Below, one piece after another: positions 28,860 to 37,263 of a stretch of DNA of 64,000 bases. The notes under the pieces are model-generated. The model saw only the letters and a program-made list of their open reading frames with translations. It had not been told where the DNA came from and searched no databases. The stretch is from Coriobacteriia bacterium (GTDB lineage Bacteria > Actinomycetota > Coriobacteriia > Anaerosomatales > Kmv31): assembly GCA_014859305.1 (NCBI GenBank), contig JACUUM010000002.1, positions 9,077-73,076 on the forward strand, read 5' to 3'. The position numbers and the translations under genes are program-made. Position 1 is the stretch's first letter; the number at the start of each line of letters is the position of its first letter.

Positions 28860-28934
28860 GGTAGGATTCGAACCTACGGATCGGGGATCCAAAGTCCCCT
28901 GCCTTACCACTTGGCTACGCCCCAATGAGTACCC
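28860..28934 (-). tRNA. tRNA-Gln: tRNA-Gln (anticodon UUG)
   Basis: The reverse complement is TGGGGCGTAGCCAAGTGGTAAGGCAGGGGACTTTGGATCCCCGATCCGTAGGTTCGAATCCTACCGCCCCAGCCA. It folds as a cloverleaf, the anticodon loop is CTTTGGA, and CCA is encoded. Confidence 0.93.
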
Positions 28935-28946
28935 GAAGTGTAGGTA

Positions 28947-28975
28947 TCGCGACAGGGGCAGTCAACCCGGCGCCG
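28947..28975 (-). promoter_or_regulatory. Promoter TTGACT-17-TACACT upstream of tRNA-Gln
   Basis: The minus strand reads ggTTGACTgcccctgtcgcgataccTACACTtcgggtactcat, followed directly by the tRNA 5' end. Confidence 0.5.
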
Positions 28976-29027
28976 GACCGGGCCCGGGGGCGCGACTAAG
29001 AGGGAAAACGCTGGTAAGAGCGCAGGC

Positions 29028-29330
29028 TCAGTCCCCGACCGCGGCGTGGTCCTCGGCCTGGGCCGTGAACGCCTCGACACCCCCCTCGAGGTTGAACTGA
29101 TCCAGCACGGCCTGCTGGATGCGTGTGCGAGCGTCGGTGTTGATGGGATGGCACACGTCCCTGAACTCGCCGTTGGGCAGCTTGCGCGACGGCATGGCCA
29201 CGAAGAGGCCCTTGTCTCCGTTCACCACTCGCAGGTCGTGGACCACGAACTGGTCGTCGATGACGATGCTCGCAATCGCGCACACCTTGTTCATGGCGAC
29301 GGGGCGCAGCGTAACCTTCGTGATGTCCAT
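29028..29330 (-). CDS. spoVG: Septation protein SpoVG
   Basis: MDITKVTLRPVAMNKVCAIASIVIDDQFVVHDLRVVNGDKGLFVAMPSRK is the canonical SpoVG sequence. ATG 29330 follows GGGGGAG. The track ORF is over-extended. Confidence 0.93.
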   Translation of the reverse strand: MDITKVTLRPVAMNKVCAIASIVIDDQFVVHDLRVVNGDKGLFVAMPSRKLPNGEFRDVCHPINTDARTRIQQAVLDQFNLEGGVEAFTAQAEDHAAVGD

Positions 29331-29390
29331 GTACTCCCCCCAACGAACGCTCCTCGGCGCCCAGTCTGTGTTCTGTCGCTCCAGAAAGGT

Positions 29391-29409
29391 ATTCGATGGG
29401 CCCCATCGA
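29391..29409. other. Perfect 19-bp palindrome TTCGATGGGcCCCATCGAA between the nucleotidyltransferase gene and spoVG
   Basis: Read directly. On the minus strand it is followed by TACCTTTCT. It could be a terminator hairpin or an operator. Confidence 0.35.
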
Positions 29410-29497
29410 AACCCTTCGCGTGAAAGCGCCGGGCGCCCGCGCGTCGTGGACCGGAACCGGGGACCGGGCCGGCGGCGCGGCGCGCCTCCCCCGCCGC

Positions 29498-30265
29498 TCA
29501 CGCCTCCTCGCCCGCGGCCAGCTCGTACAGGACCCGCTCGGCCACCACGACGTCGCCGGGCTTGTCGACGTCGGCACCGATGGCGGCGCGGTCCGTGAAC
29601 ACGGCGGCTGCCGTTCCCCCGAGCAGCTGGCCCATCTTGGCCTCGACCTCCGCCGGGACGAGCCGCCCGGCGGCGAGCCTCACCACGAAGCCCAAGCCCA
29701 GGATGCGGGCCATCTGGATCGCGTTCTTGCGCGTGTCGAAGAGCCTCTGGCCGATCTCGCGGTTCGTCCTGACCAGCAGCGGGTTCACCAGAGCCATGTT
29801 CCCGCCCGTCACAGCCCCGGTGGCCAGCCGGACGTAGGTCCTCTCGCTCCCCGGGTACGCCGCCAGCACGTCCTCCTTGCTGATGAGCGGGTAGGTGAAA
29901 TCCGCGCCGGTGGCGATACTCGCCCTCACGAAGGAGTCCACGTCGGCGGCGATGACCGTCGGGATGTCCCCGGTCGAGATGAGGATCGGGCGGTCGGACC
30001 TGAACGAGTCCACCCCGGCTGCCACGTTGGTCATGAAGCCGCCGCGAGAGACCACGAGCTTGTCCACCTTGTCCACCCAGGGCCCCAGGTCCTCCGCGGT
30101 GGGCACGACCACGGCCACCTCGTGCACCAGCTCCGCCGCCCTCATAGCGTCCACCACCCACTCGATCATGGGGCGGCCGCCGATGGGCAGCAGGCCCTTG
30201 AAGCGGCACGACGGGTCGATGACCCCGCCGTCACCGCCTCCCAGCACCACCGCGTCGACGCTCAT
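29498..30265 (-). CDS. MobA-like NTP transferase family protein (nucleotidyltransferase, substrate unknown)
   Basis: Start ATG 30265 (MSVDAVVLGGGDGG...KGLLPIGGRPMIEWVV) overlaps the ispE stop (ATGA). 255 aa. Confidence 0.7.
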   Translation of the reverse strand: MSVDAVVLGGGDGGVIDPSCRFKGLLPIGGRPMIEWVVDAMRAAELVHEVAVVVPTAEDLGPWVDKVDKLVVSRGGFMTNVAAGVDSFRSDRPILISTGDIPTVIAADVDSFVRASIATGADFTYPLISKEDVLAAYPGSERTYVRLATGAVTGGNMALVNPLLVRTNREIGQRLFDTRKNAIQMARILGLGFVVRLAAGRLVPAEVEAKMGQLLGGTAAAVFTDRAAIGADVDKPGDVVVAERVLYELAAGEEA

Positions 30266-31167
30266 CGCAGGTCCTCCTCGATGCGCTCCGGCGCCCCTCG
30301 GGACAGCCTCGCTGAGCGCGTCCACCAGCCGCGTTCCCTCAGCGCCCCGGCCGCCTCGCGCGCGGCCTCGTCGTCCTCGGTGATGCCGAAGACCGCCGAG
30401 CCGCTGCCGGCCGGCAGCGCACCCATCACCCCGGGTTGCGAGCGGACGGCCTCGAGGACGTCCGCTACCACGGGCGCCACCGCGACCGACGCCGCGGTGA
30501 GGTCGTTGTACAGGTTACGCGAAACGGCGGCGGCGTCGCGCGCCTCCAGCGCCGCGACCATCGCCTCCGCTGAGCGCCGCGCGCCGGGCGAGCGGCCGTC
30601 GCGGTGCGCCAAGCGGTCGAAGGCGGCGTACGCCGCCGGCGTGGGCACCGGCTCACCGGGGAAGGCGAGCACCACCGGCGCGCTCAGGGCGGGCAGCAGG
30701 CGCACGAGCTCGTCGCCGCGCCCCGAGAACAGCGCCGCTCCGCCCATCAGCAGGAACGGCACGTCGGCGCCCAGCGTCCGCGCCGCGCCCACGATGCGGG
30801 GGTCGCCGGCGTCGACCTCCCACAGGCGCGCCGCCGCCCGAAGGACCGCCGCCGCGTCGGCGCTGCCGCCCCCGAGGCCGGCGCGGGCGGGGATGGCCTT
30901 GCGGAGGCGGATCGCCAGGGCCGGCTCCCGCTCCAACGCGGCGCCGGCGGCGACAGCCGCGCGCAACGCGAGGTTCTCCTCGGCGGGCAGGCCGAGGTCG
31001 GGCTCGCACACCAGCGACAGCGAGTCCGCGGGCTCGGCCGAGACCTCGTCGGCGAGGTCGACCGTGTGAAGCACGGTGACGACGTCGTGGTAGCCGTCGG
31101 GACGCGTACCGCCCACCGCGAGGTGCAGGTTCACCTTCGCATGCGCGGCCACGGTCACGCGTGCCAC
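30262..31167 (-). CDS. ispE: 4-(cytidine 5'-diphospho)-2-C-methyl-D-erythritol kinase
   Basis: AHAKVNLHLAVGGTRPDGYHDV...IPARAGLGGGSADAAA are GHMP kinase motifs. GTG 31167 lies 5 nt after AAGGGGG. The track start is 31224. Confidence 0.88.
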   Translation of the reverse strand: MARVTVAAHAKVNLHLAVGGTRPDGYHDVVTVLHTVDLADEVSAEPADSLSLVCEPDLGLPAEENLALRAAVAAGAALEREPALAIRLRKAIPARAGLGGGSADAAAVLRAAARLWEVDAGDPRIVGAARTLGADVPFLLMGGAALFSGRGDELVRLLPALSAPVVLAFPGEPVPTPAAYAAFDRLAHRDGRSPGARRSAEAMVAALEARDAAAVSRNLYNDLTAASVAVAPVVADVLEAVRSQPGVMGALPAGSGSAVFGITEDDEAAREAAGALRERGWWTRSARLSRGAPERIEEDLR

Positions 31168-31252
31168 CCGCGCCCCCTTAACGACGAGGCGCGGGGGGGA
31201 GCCCCGCGCCGCTCGCTGCCGCACATACCGGGCCTTCGCGCCCGCGCCGCCG

Positions 31253-31534
31253 TCAGTTCAGCCAGGGGAAGACGCTCTCCCCGCTCTCGCAGTACGTGAG
31301 CTCGACCGTGCCGGTGAGCACGTCGACGTAGCTGTAGGAGACGCGTGCCTTGCGGTCGCGCTTCTCGTCCACGGTCAGCACGAACAGAGACGGGTGGCAC
31401 TCCTGCAGCATGCCTTCCCGCTCGAGCACCTTCGATCGTCCCATGTTGGCGCGAAGCCGCATCCGCGTCCCCATCAGTGATTCCAGGTCGGAGCGAATGC
31501 GGCCGACGACCTCGGCCTGCTTCATCACATCCAT
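31253..31534 (-). CDS. veg: Veg family protein
   Basis: GTRMRLRANMGRSKVLEREGMLQECHPSLFVLTVD...RVSYSYVDVLTGTVELT matches B. subtilis Veg. ATG 31534 follows GGAGG. Confidence 0.9.
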   Translation of the reverse strand: MDVMKQAEVVGRIRSDLESLMGTRMRLRANMGRSKVLEREGMLQECHPSLFVLTVDEKRDRKARVSYSYVDVLTGTVELTYCESGESVFPWLN

Positions 31535-31561
31535 GCGCACCCTCCTCAGGATTACCATGGC

Positions 31562-31590
31562 AGTATAGCCCAAGACCTGTCAGAACTCAA
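31562..31590 (-). promoter_or_regulatory. veg promoter TTGAGT-17-TATACT
   Basis: The minus strand reads ccTTGAGTtctgacaggtcttgggcTATACTgcc, about 28 nt upstream of the veg ATG. Confidence 0.55.
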
Positions 31591-31730
31591 GGGCGACGGC
31601 GAAGAAACCGGAGGTAGAAGGGCCTATCCTCCCCGAGGACGGGTCGTGACCGCGGGTCGCGGCAGCCCCCGCGGCGGCAGCCCCGCCGCCACCGCGAGGC
31701 CCGCTCCCCGGAGCCCTCGCCGGGGAAGGG

Positions 31731-32600
31731 TCAGCCTCTCAGGAGCCCGGCCGCCAGCAGCGCCCGACCGAGGGCGAGGTACTCCTCGACGTCGAGGGTC
31801 TCGGCGCGCCGCGCGCCGTCGACGCCCGCCTCGACGAGTGCGGCGGCGACGGCTTCCGGCGAGGCCCCGAGAGAGGACGCGAGCGAGTTGCGCAGCGTCT
31901 TGCGCCGCTGTGCGAAGGCCGCGTTGGCCGCGCCGGCCGCGCCGGCGAGCTCCTCGGCGGGCTCGGGCCGCCCGGCGCGCTCCAGGCGGATGACGGCCGA
32001 GTCCACGTTCGGCGGCGGCAGGAAGGAGCGCCGCGACACCGGGAAGCGGCCCGCAGGCGCCGCGACCAGGCGCAGCTTCACCGTGTACGCGCCGTACTCC
32101 TTGCCGCCGGGCGAGGCCGACATGCGGTCGGCGACCTCGGACTGCACCATCACCGTGGCCTGCCGCAGCGACGGCAGTCCCTGGAGCGCGCGCAGCACGA
32201 CGGTGGCCGCCACGGCGTAGGGCAGGTTGGCGACGAGCGCCGTCGGGGGGCCGAGCGGCGTGGACAGCTCCTCGGGCGCGAGATGGAGCGCGTCGGCGTG
32301 GACGACCCGCACCTCCGGGCACGCCGCGGTGGTCTCGGCGAGCACCGGCAGCAGCTCCGCGTCCCTCTCGACCGCCACCACGGCCCCCGCCGTGCGGCAC
32401 AGCGCCAGCGTGAGCGTCCCGATGCCAGGACCAACCTCCAGGACGGCGTCGGCGGCGGAGAGCCCGGCGAGGGCAAGGATGCGCCCGACGACGTTGTCGT
32501 CCACGAGGAAGTGCTGCCCGAGCGACTTCTTGGCGTGCAGGCCGTGGGCGCGCAGGACGTCGAGCGTCGCCGAGGGGCTGGCCAGCGGCGAGTGGGGCAT
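31731..32600 (-). CDS. rsmA: 16S rRNA (adenine1518/1519-N6)-dimethyltransferase
   Basis: Start ATG 32600. HGLHAKKSLGQHFLVDDNVVGRI...VLEVGPGIGTLT are KsgA motifs. 289 aa. Confidence 0.93.
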   Translation of the reverse strand: MPHSPLASPSATLDVLRAHGLHAKKSLGQHFLVDDNVVGRILALAGLSAADAVLEVGPGIGTLTLALCRTAGAVVAVERDAELLPVLAETTAACPEVRVVHADALHLAPEELSTPLGPPTALVANLPYAVAATVVLRALQGLPSLRQATVMVQSEVADRMSASPGGKEYGAYTVKLRLVAAPAGRFPVSRRSFLPPPNVDSAVIRLERAGRPEPAEELAGAAGAANAAFAQRRKTLRNSLASSLGASPEAVAAALVEAGVDGARRAETLDVEEYLALGRALLAAGLLRG

Positions 32601-32605
32601 GACGG

Positions 32606-33628
32606 TCAGGGGAGGATGATGATGGTGACGGTGCGGCGGCCCCAGGCCATCGCCTCGGCGCGGGTGTCGAAGCACAGGTCGATGCGGTTCCCGGAGATCG
32701 ACCCGCCCGTGTCCGCGGCGACGGCGTTGCCGTACCCGGGGACGTACACGCGCGTGCCCAGCGGGATGACGGAGGGGTCCACCGCCACCACGCCCTTGCC
32801 GGCGCGCGCGCCGGTCGCGGTCGTGCGGTCCGCTCCGCCCGAGCCGGGGGCGTAGGCGGTGGCGACCACCTTCAGGCGCCTGCCGTGCGTGGGAGGCGCC
32901 TCGCGGGAGGCGGCGCGCGAAGCCACCTTCACGCCGCGAGAGCGCCCTGTGCCGACCACCACCACGCGATCGGCGGGCCGCTCGACGATGCGTTCGGCCT
33001 GCAGCACAGGCTCGCCCGCCTCCCCACCGGTCACCAGGACGCGGAAGACCTGGAGGAGGCGGCCGCGCTCGCCCTCATGGCGGACCTCGCGGAAGCCCCT
33101 GGGCCTGGCGGGGTCCTCGATGGTGACCACCTCGAAGGGCACGTCGCGCTCCTTCTGGATCAGCCGGACGAACACGTCGGTGGCCACGACCCGCATCCCG
33201 GGGGAGAGCGGCGTGTCGACCGGCGGCGTCACCGTTATCCCTGCGGTAGGGTCGGCGCCGGCCGCGATGAGCGCGTCGGCGACCGTGGAGCCGACGACGT
33301 CGAGCTCGAAGGCCCGGTCTCCAAGCACCACCTCGACGGGGACCGAGTGACGCACGGTCACCACCAGGCCGCCGCGCAGCGGGGTGTCGAGCGAGGGGTT
33401 CACGAGATCGCCGGAGCCGTGGTCCACGCCCGCGTCGGCGAGCAGGTCGCGCACGTCGGCGGCACGCGAGGACATCCGGCTCGACTCACCGTCCACGATG
33501 ACGGTGACGTCGTGAGCGGCCCATGCGAATCCGGTGAAGGCGAGTGCGGCGACGATGGCTGCGACGAGTCCTGCGACGATGTAGTGGATACGGCGGGATG
33601 GAGCCGGGGCGGCCGGCCTGCGTCCCAT
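32606..33628 (-). CDS. YabE-like cell-wall protein (TM anchor, DUF348 repeats, G5, C-terminal 3D domain)
   Basis: ATG 33628 follows GAAGGGA. The TM helix is YIVAGLVAAIVAALAF. VTVIVDGES and VPVEVVLGDRAFE are DUF348-like. The C-terminus ATAYAPGSGG...GKGVVAVDPSVIPLGTRVYVPGYG is a 3D domain. Confidence 0.85.
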   Translation of the reverse strand: MGRRPAAPAPSRRIHYIVAGLVAAIVAALAFTGFAWAAHDVTVIVDGESSRMSSRAADVRDLLADAGVDHGSGDLVNPSLDTPLRGGLVVTVRHSVPVEVVLGDRAFELDVVGSTVADALIAAGADPTAGITVTPPVDTPLSPGMRVVATDVFVRLIQKERDVPFEVVTIEDPARPRGFREVRHEGERGRLLQVFRVLVTGGEAGEPVLQAERIVERPADRVVVVGTGRSRGVKVASRAASREAPPTHGRRLKVVATAYAPGSGGADRTTATGARAGKGVVAVDPSVIPLGTRVYVPGYGNAVAADTGGSISGNRIDLCFDTRAEAMAWGRRTVTIIILP

Positions 33629-33657
33629 GGGATCCCTTCGCGTAGTCAACGCCTGGT

Positions 33658-33697
33658 CGACATCCAAGTCACGGATTCGACATCCAAGTCACGGATT
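33658..33697 (-). repeat. Perfect 20-bp tandem direct repeat (x2) in the yabE-like 5' region
   Basis: On the plus strand, cgacatccaagtcacggatt occurs at 33658-33677 and again at 33678-33697. On the gene strand this reads AATCCGTGACTTGGATGTCG x2, starting inside the TATAAT box. Confidence 0.9.
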
Positions 33698-33724
33698 ATA
33701 GAGGAACCGCGAGAGGCTCCACAA
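33695..33724 (-). promoter_or_regulatory. Promoter TTGTGG-18-TATAAT for the yabE-like gene
   Basis: The minus strand reads agtTTGTGGagcctctcgcggttcctcTATAATccgtgac. The -10 box is perfect. Confidence 0.5.
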
Positions 33725-33810
33725 ACTCCCAGGTCGCCTTGAGGCGCCCCGTTCGGCCACCCGGCAGGCGCGCCGCCGAGGAGCGCCGGCGGCGTGCCGC
33801 CGGTCGCCCT

Positions 33811-34389
33811 TCAGCCGCTCCGCGCGCCCGCCAGAGCGGCTCCGATCCGTCCCGCGCGGGCCAGGTCCTCGGTGCGCCGGCCGATGTCGGCGGGGGAGTC
33901 GACGCCCTTCACGACGAGTTCGTGAGCGTACTCGACGCGCAGCACGGCGAAGACGCTGCGCGTGGTGAGGACGGCCCCCTCGGCGCCGAACGGGTCCCCG
34001 CCCCCGCCGGCGACGAGCAGGGCGCCGGGCCGCTTGGGTCCGGGCTGCTGCTTCAGCACGTAACGCCGTGCCCAGTACGGCTGGCAGCGGTCGTACAGCG
34101 CCTTGAGGACCGCGGGGACGGTCGCGAAGAACAGCGGGCTGGCCACCACGACCGCCTCGGCCCCGTCCAGCATCGGGTAGATCTCGTGCATCCGGTCGCG
34201 CAGCACGCACTCGCCGTCCTCGGAGCAGGCGTGACAGCCCTCGCAGGGCTGGATGCCGTAGTCGCGCACCACGAGCTTCACGGCCTCCCCGCCGGCCTCG
34301 CGCACGCCCGAGAGGCATGCGTCCAGGAGCTGCTCGCTGTTGCCGTGCCGCCGGGGGCTGCCGGCGATGCCCAGGACGCCGCCGTTCAC
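33811..34389 (-). CDS. Iron-sulfur flavoprotein-like NADPH-dependent FMN reductase
   Basis: GTG 34389 overlaps the tatD stop (GTGA). VLGIAGSPRRHGNSEQL plus the compact Cys motif CEGCHACSEDGEC. 192 aa. Confidence 0.75.
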   Translation of the reverse strand: MNGGVLGIAGSPRRHGNSEQLLDACLSGVREAGGEAVKLVVRDYGIQPCEGCHACSEDGECVLRDRMHEIYPMLDGAEAVVVASPLFFATVPAVLKALYDRCQPYWARRYVLKQQPGPKRPGALLVAGGGGDPFGAEGAVLTTRSVFAVLRVEYAHELVVKGVDSPADIGRRTEDLARAGRIGAALAGARSG

Positions 34390-35267
34390 GCCGCATCCTC
34401 CTTCTCCAGCCCGAAGAGCCGCCGGGCGTTGGCGTAGGAGACGCGGGCCAGCTCCTCGGCGGGGACGCCGAGGGAAGCCGCCAGGCGCGCGGCCGTCAGC
34501 GTCACCAGCGCCGGCTCGTTCCTCCGCCCCCGGTACGGCTCCGGCGCGAGGAAGGGCGCGTCCGTCTCGACCAGGAGGCGCTCCGGCGGCACGACCGCAG
34601 CGGCCGCGCGGACCGCCTCGGCCTTCTTGAACGTCGCCAACCCGCTGAACGATACGTGGCAGCCCCTGTCGAGGAAGGTCTGCGCCCATTCCGGCCCCTC
34701 GGTGAAGCAGTGCAGCACGGCGCCGGCGGGCGGCACGCCGATCTCGTCGAGCACCTCCCGCCCGGCCTCGTGCGCCTCGCGCAGGTGCACGATGACGGGC
34801 AGCCCTGCCTCGTGCGCCAGGCCGAGGTGCTCTCGGAAGACCGCCAGCTGCGCGTCGCGCGGGGAGTGGTCGTAGTGGAAGTCCAGGCCCACCTCGCCGA
34901 AGGCCACGACCTCCGGCCGCGACGCCAGCGCGAGCATCCGCTCGTCGAGCCCGGGACGCCAGGCCGAGGCGTTGTGCGGGTGGGCGCCGACGACGACGCG
35001 CACGTCGGGCGGCCCGGCGTCCCCGCCCGCCTCCCCGAGCCGCTCGCGCGCCTCGGCGAGCAGGCCCGGCAGCCCGTCGAGCCACTCCTCGCCCGCCTCG
35101 GTGAGATCCGCCACGGTCAGGACGAGCCTCACGCCCGCGACCGCCGCGCGAGCGAGCGCGCCCGCGGGGTCGGGCAGCATGTCGAGGTGAGCGTGCGTGT
35201 CGGCCAGCGGCGCGCCCAGGACGGGCAGGGCGGAGGGCTCGATGGGCGTCTCGCGGTTCTCGCTCAT
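34386..35267 (-). CDS. TatD family hydrolase
   Basis: 293 aa. LADTHAHLDM...VIVHLREAH...LHCFTEG...LLVETDAPFLAPEPYRGRRNEP are TatD motifs. Confidence 0.92.
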   Translation of the reverse strand: MSENRETPIEPSALPVLGAPLADTHAHLDMLPDPAGALARAAVAGVRLVLTVADLTEAGEEWLDGLPGLLAEARERLGEAGGDAGPPDVRVVVGAHPHNASAWRPGLDERMLALASRPEVVAFGEVGLDFHYDHSPRDAQLAVFREHLGLAHEAGLPVIVHLREAHEAGREVLDEIGVPPAGAVLHCFTEGPEWAQTFLDRGCHVSFSGLATFKKAEAVRAAAAVVPPERLLVETDAPFLAPEPYRGRRNEPALVTLTAARLAASLGVPAEELARVSYANARRLFGLEKEDAA

Positions 35268-35289
35268 GACCGGGCGGCGCGAACCGCCG

Positions 35290-36846
35290 TCACTCCTCCT
35301 CGACGATCCTGGGGAAAAGCACCTCGCCCTTGACGACGCGGCTACCCGCCGGGAGAGCGCCCCAGGCGGCCTCGGCGGCCAGGTCGTCCACGGCGTGCAC
35401 GTCCCCCACGCCGAGCCGGCGCCACACCTCGGCGGATGTGAGCGGCATCACCGGCGCCGTGAACAGGGCCGCTATCCGCACGGCCTCCAGCGCGTTGTAG
35501 AGCACGGCCTCCAGCCGGGGGCGGTCCTCGGCGGACTTCGCCAGGTTCCACGGCGCGGCGTCCTCGATGTAGCGGTTCGCGCGCTTGACGAGGTCCCAGT
35601 CCGCCTCCAGCGCCGCACCGTAGTCCAGCCGCGACATCGCATCGTCGTAACGCGCGGGCACCGCCTCGGCCACGGCCCGAAGCTCGAGGTCGTCCGCCGT
35701 GGAGTCCTCGTCGCGCGGCGGCTCGGGCGCGATCCCTCCGAGGTACTTCTCCGTCATGTTGAACAGCCGGCTCACGAGGTTACCCCAGTCGTTCGCGAGG
35801 TCGCCGTTGTAGCGCTGGATCATCCCCTCCATCGAGATGGAGCCGTCCTCGCCGAAGCGCACGTCACGTAGGAAGTAGTAGCGGTACGCGTCCACCCCGA
35901 AGCGTTCCACGAGGTCGGCGGGGGCCACGACGTTGCCCTTGGACTTGCTCATCTTCTCGCCCTTGGCCAGCAGGAACCCGTGAGCGAAGACGTGCTCGGG
36001 CAGCGCGAGGCCCGCGGCCATCAGCATGGCCGGCCAGATGACGCAGTGGAAGCGGATGATGTCCTTGCCCACATAGTGGTAGTCCGCGGGCCAGTACCGC
36101 TCGAACTCCGCCTCCTTGTCCGGGTCGCCGTAGCCGACCGCCGTGATGTAGTTGAGGAGCGCGTCGATCCACACGTACGTGACGTGGCCGGGGGCGAAGG
36201 GCAACGGGACCCCCCACGCGAACGTGGTGCGCGAGATCGAGAGGTCCTTCAGGCCGCCCTCCACGAAGGAGACCACCTCGTTGCGGCGCGTCTCGGGCTG
36301 CACGAAGGCCGGGTGGGAGTCGTAGTGCTCGAGCAGGCGCTCCCGGAACCCGGAGAGCTTGAAGAACCAGTTGTCCTCGCGAACGAACTCGACCGAGCGC
36401 TTGCACTGCGGGCACAGGCCCTCCTCGATCTGGTCCTCGGCCCAGTACGTCTCGCACGGCACGCAGTACCAGCCCTCGTAGTGCCCCTGGTACAGGTATC
36501 CGGCGTCGTGCAGCCTCTGCCAGAACGCCTGCACGCCGCGCTTGTGCCGCTCCTCGCTCGTGCGGATGAAGTCGTCGTTGCTGATCTCCAGCATCCGCCA
36601 GGCCTCCGCAAACTTCGGCGCGACGGCGTCCACCCATTCCTGAGGCGTCAGGCCGGCCTCCTGGGCGGCCTGGGCGACCTTCTGCCCGTGCTCGTCCAGC
36701 CCGGTCACGAAGCGCACGTCCTGCCCGAGCGACCTGCGGTAACGGGCGAGCGCGTCGGCTGCGACGGTCGTGTAGGCGGTACCGAGATGAGGCACCGAGT
36801 TCACGTAGTAGATGGGAGTGGTCACGTAGAAGGTGCGTCGGTCCAT
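35290..36846 (-). CDS. metG: Methionine--tRNA ligase
   Basis: Start ATG 36846 (MDRRTFYVTTPIYYVNSVPHLGTAYT). The KMSKS motif is present (GEKMSKSKGNVV). 518 aa. Confidence 0.95.
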   Translation of the reverse strand: MDRRTFYVTTPIYYVNSVPHLGTAYTTVAADALARYRRSLGQDVRFVTGLDEHGQKVAQAAQEAGLTPQEWVDAVAPKFAEAWRMLEISNDDFIRTSEERHKRGVQAFWQRLHDAGYLYQGHYEGWYCVPCETYWAEDQIEEGLCPQCKRSVEFVREDNWFFKLSGFRERLLEHYDSHPAFVQPETRRNEVVSFVEGGLKDLSISRTTFAWGVPLPFAPGHVTYVWIDALLNYITAVGYGDPDKEAEFERYWPADYHYVGKDIIRFHCVIWPAMLMAAGLALPEHVFAHGFLLAKGEKMSKSKGNVVAPADLVERFGVDAYRYYFLRDVRFGEDGSISMEGMIQRYNGDLANDWGNLVSRLFNMTEKYLGGIAPEPPRDEDSTADDLELRAVAEAVPARYDDAMSRLDYGAALEADWDLVKRANRYIEDAAPWNLAKSAEDRPRLEAVLYNALEAVRIAALFTAPVMPLTSAEVWRRLGVGDVHAVDDLAAEAAWGALPAGSRVVKGEVLFPRIVEEE

Positions 36847-36965
36847 GTTTCGGCCGTCTCGAGACGTGGGCAATGATGGAATGTGGGTAAAGTACCCGGG
36901 CACGGAATCATAGCGCATTTCCTCAGCGCCGGTTGAGGGGAGCCGACGGGAAGCGAGGGTACGCG

Positions 36966-37211
36966 ATGAACGACACGGGAATCGTACGCAGGGTGGACGA
37001 CCTGGGACGGATCGTCATACCGATGGAGTTGCGCCGTACGCTCGGGATCCACGTCAAGGACCCGATGGCGATCCTCGTGGAGGGCGAGCGCATCATCCTG
37101 GAGAAGCACAAGGACGCGTGCGTGCTCTGCGGTACCCAGGAGGAGATCCACGAGGTCAAGGGCCGCCCGATGTGCGAGGAGTGCATCGAGGCGATCAGGA
37201 ACCGGGCCTAG
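36966..37211 (+). CDS. abrB: AbrB/SpoVT family transition-state-regulator-like DNA-binding protein with a C-terminal CxxC...CxxC element
   Basis: MNDTGIVRRVDDLGRIVIPMELRRTLGI matches the AbrB N-domain. ATG 36966 follows GAGGG. Divergent from metG, as in B. subtilis. Confidence 0.88.
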   Translation: MNDTGIVRRVDDLGRIVIPMELRRTLGIHVKDPMAILVEGERIILEKHKDACVLCGTQEEIHEVKGRPMCEECIEAIRNRA

Positions 37212-37263
37212 CCCCGGCGAGGCGCCGCCCGTTCCCCCCGCGGCGGCACCTCCGTCGGTTCGC

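Noticed and set aside
33629-33700. A ydaO/c-di-AMP riboswitch in front of the yabE-like wall gene.
   Set aside because: The predicted leader is only about 65 nt, far shorter than that riboswitch class. It consists mainly of the 20-nt duplication.
36847-36965. A T-box leader upstream of metG.
   Set aside because: The intergenic region is only about 120 nt and is shared with the divergent abrB promoter. It contains no T-box sequence or specifier-loop architecture.
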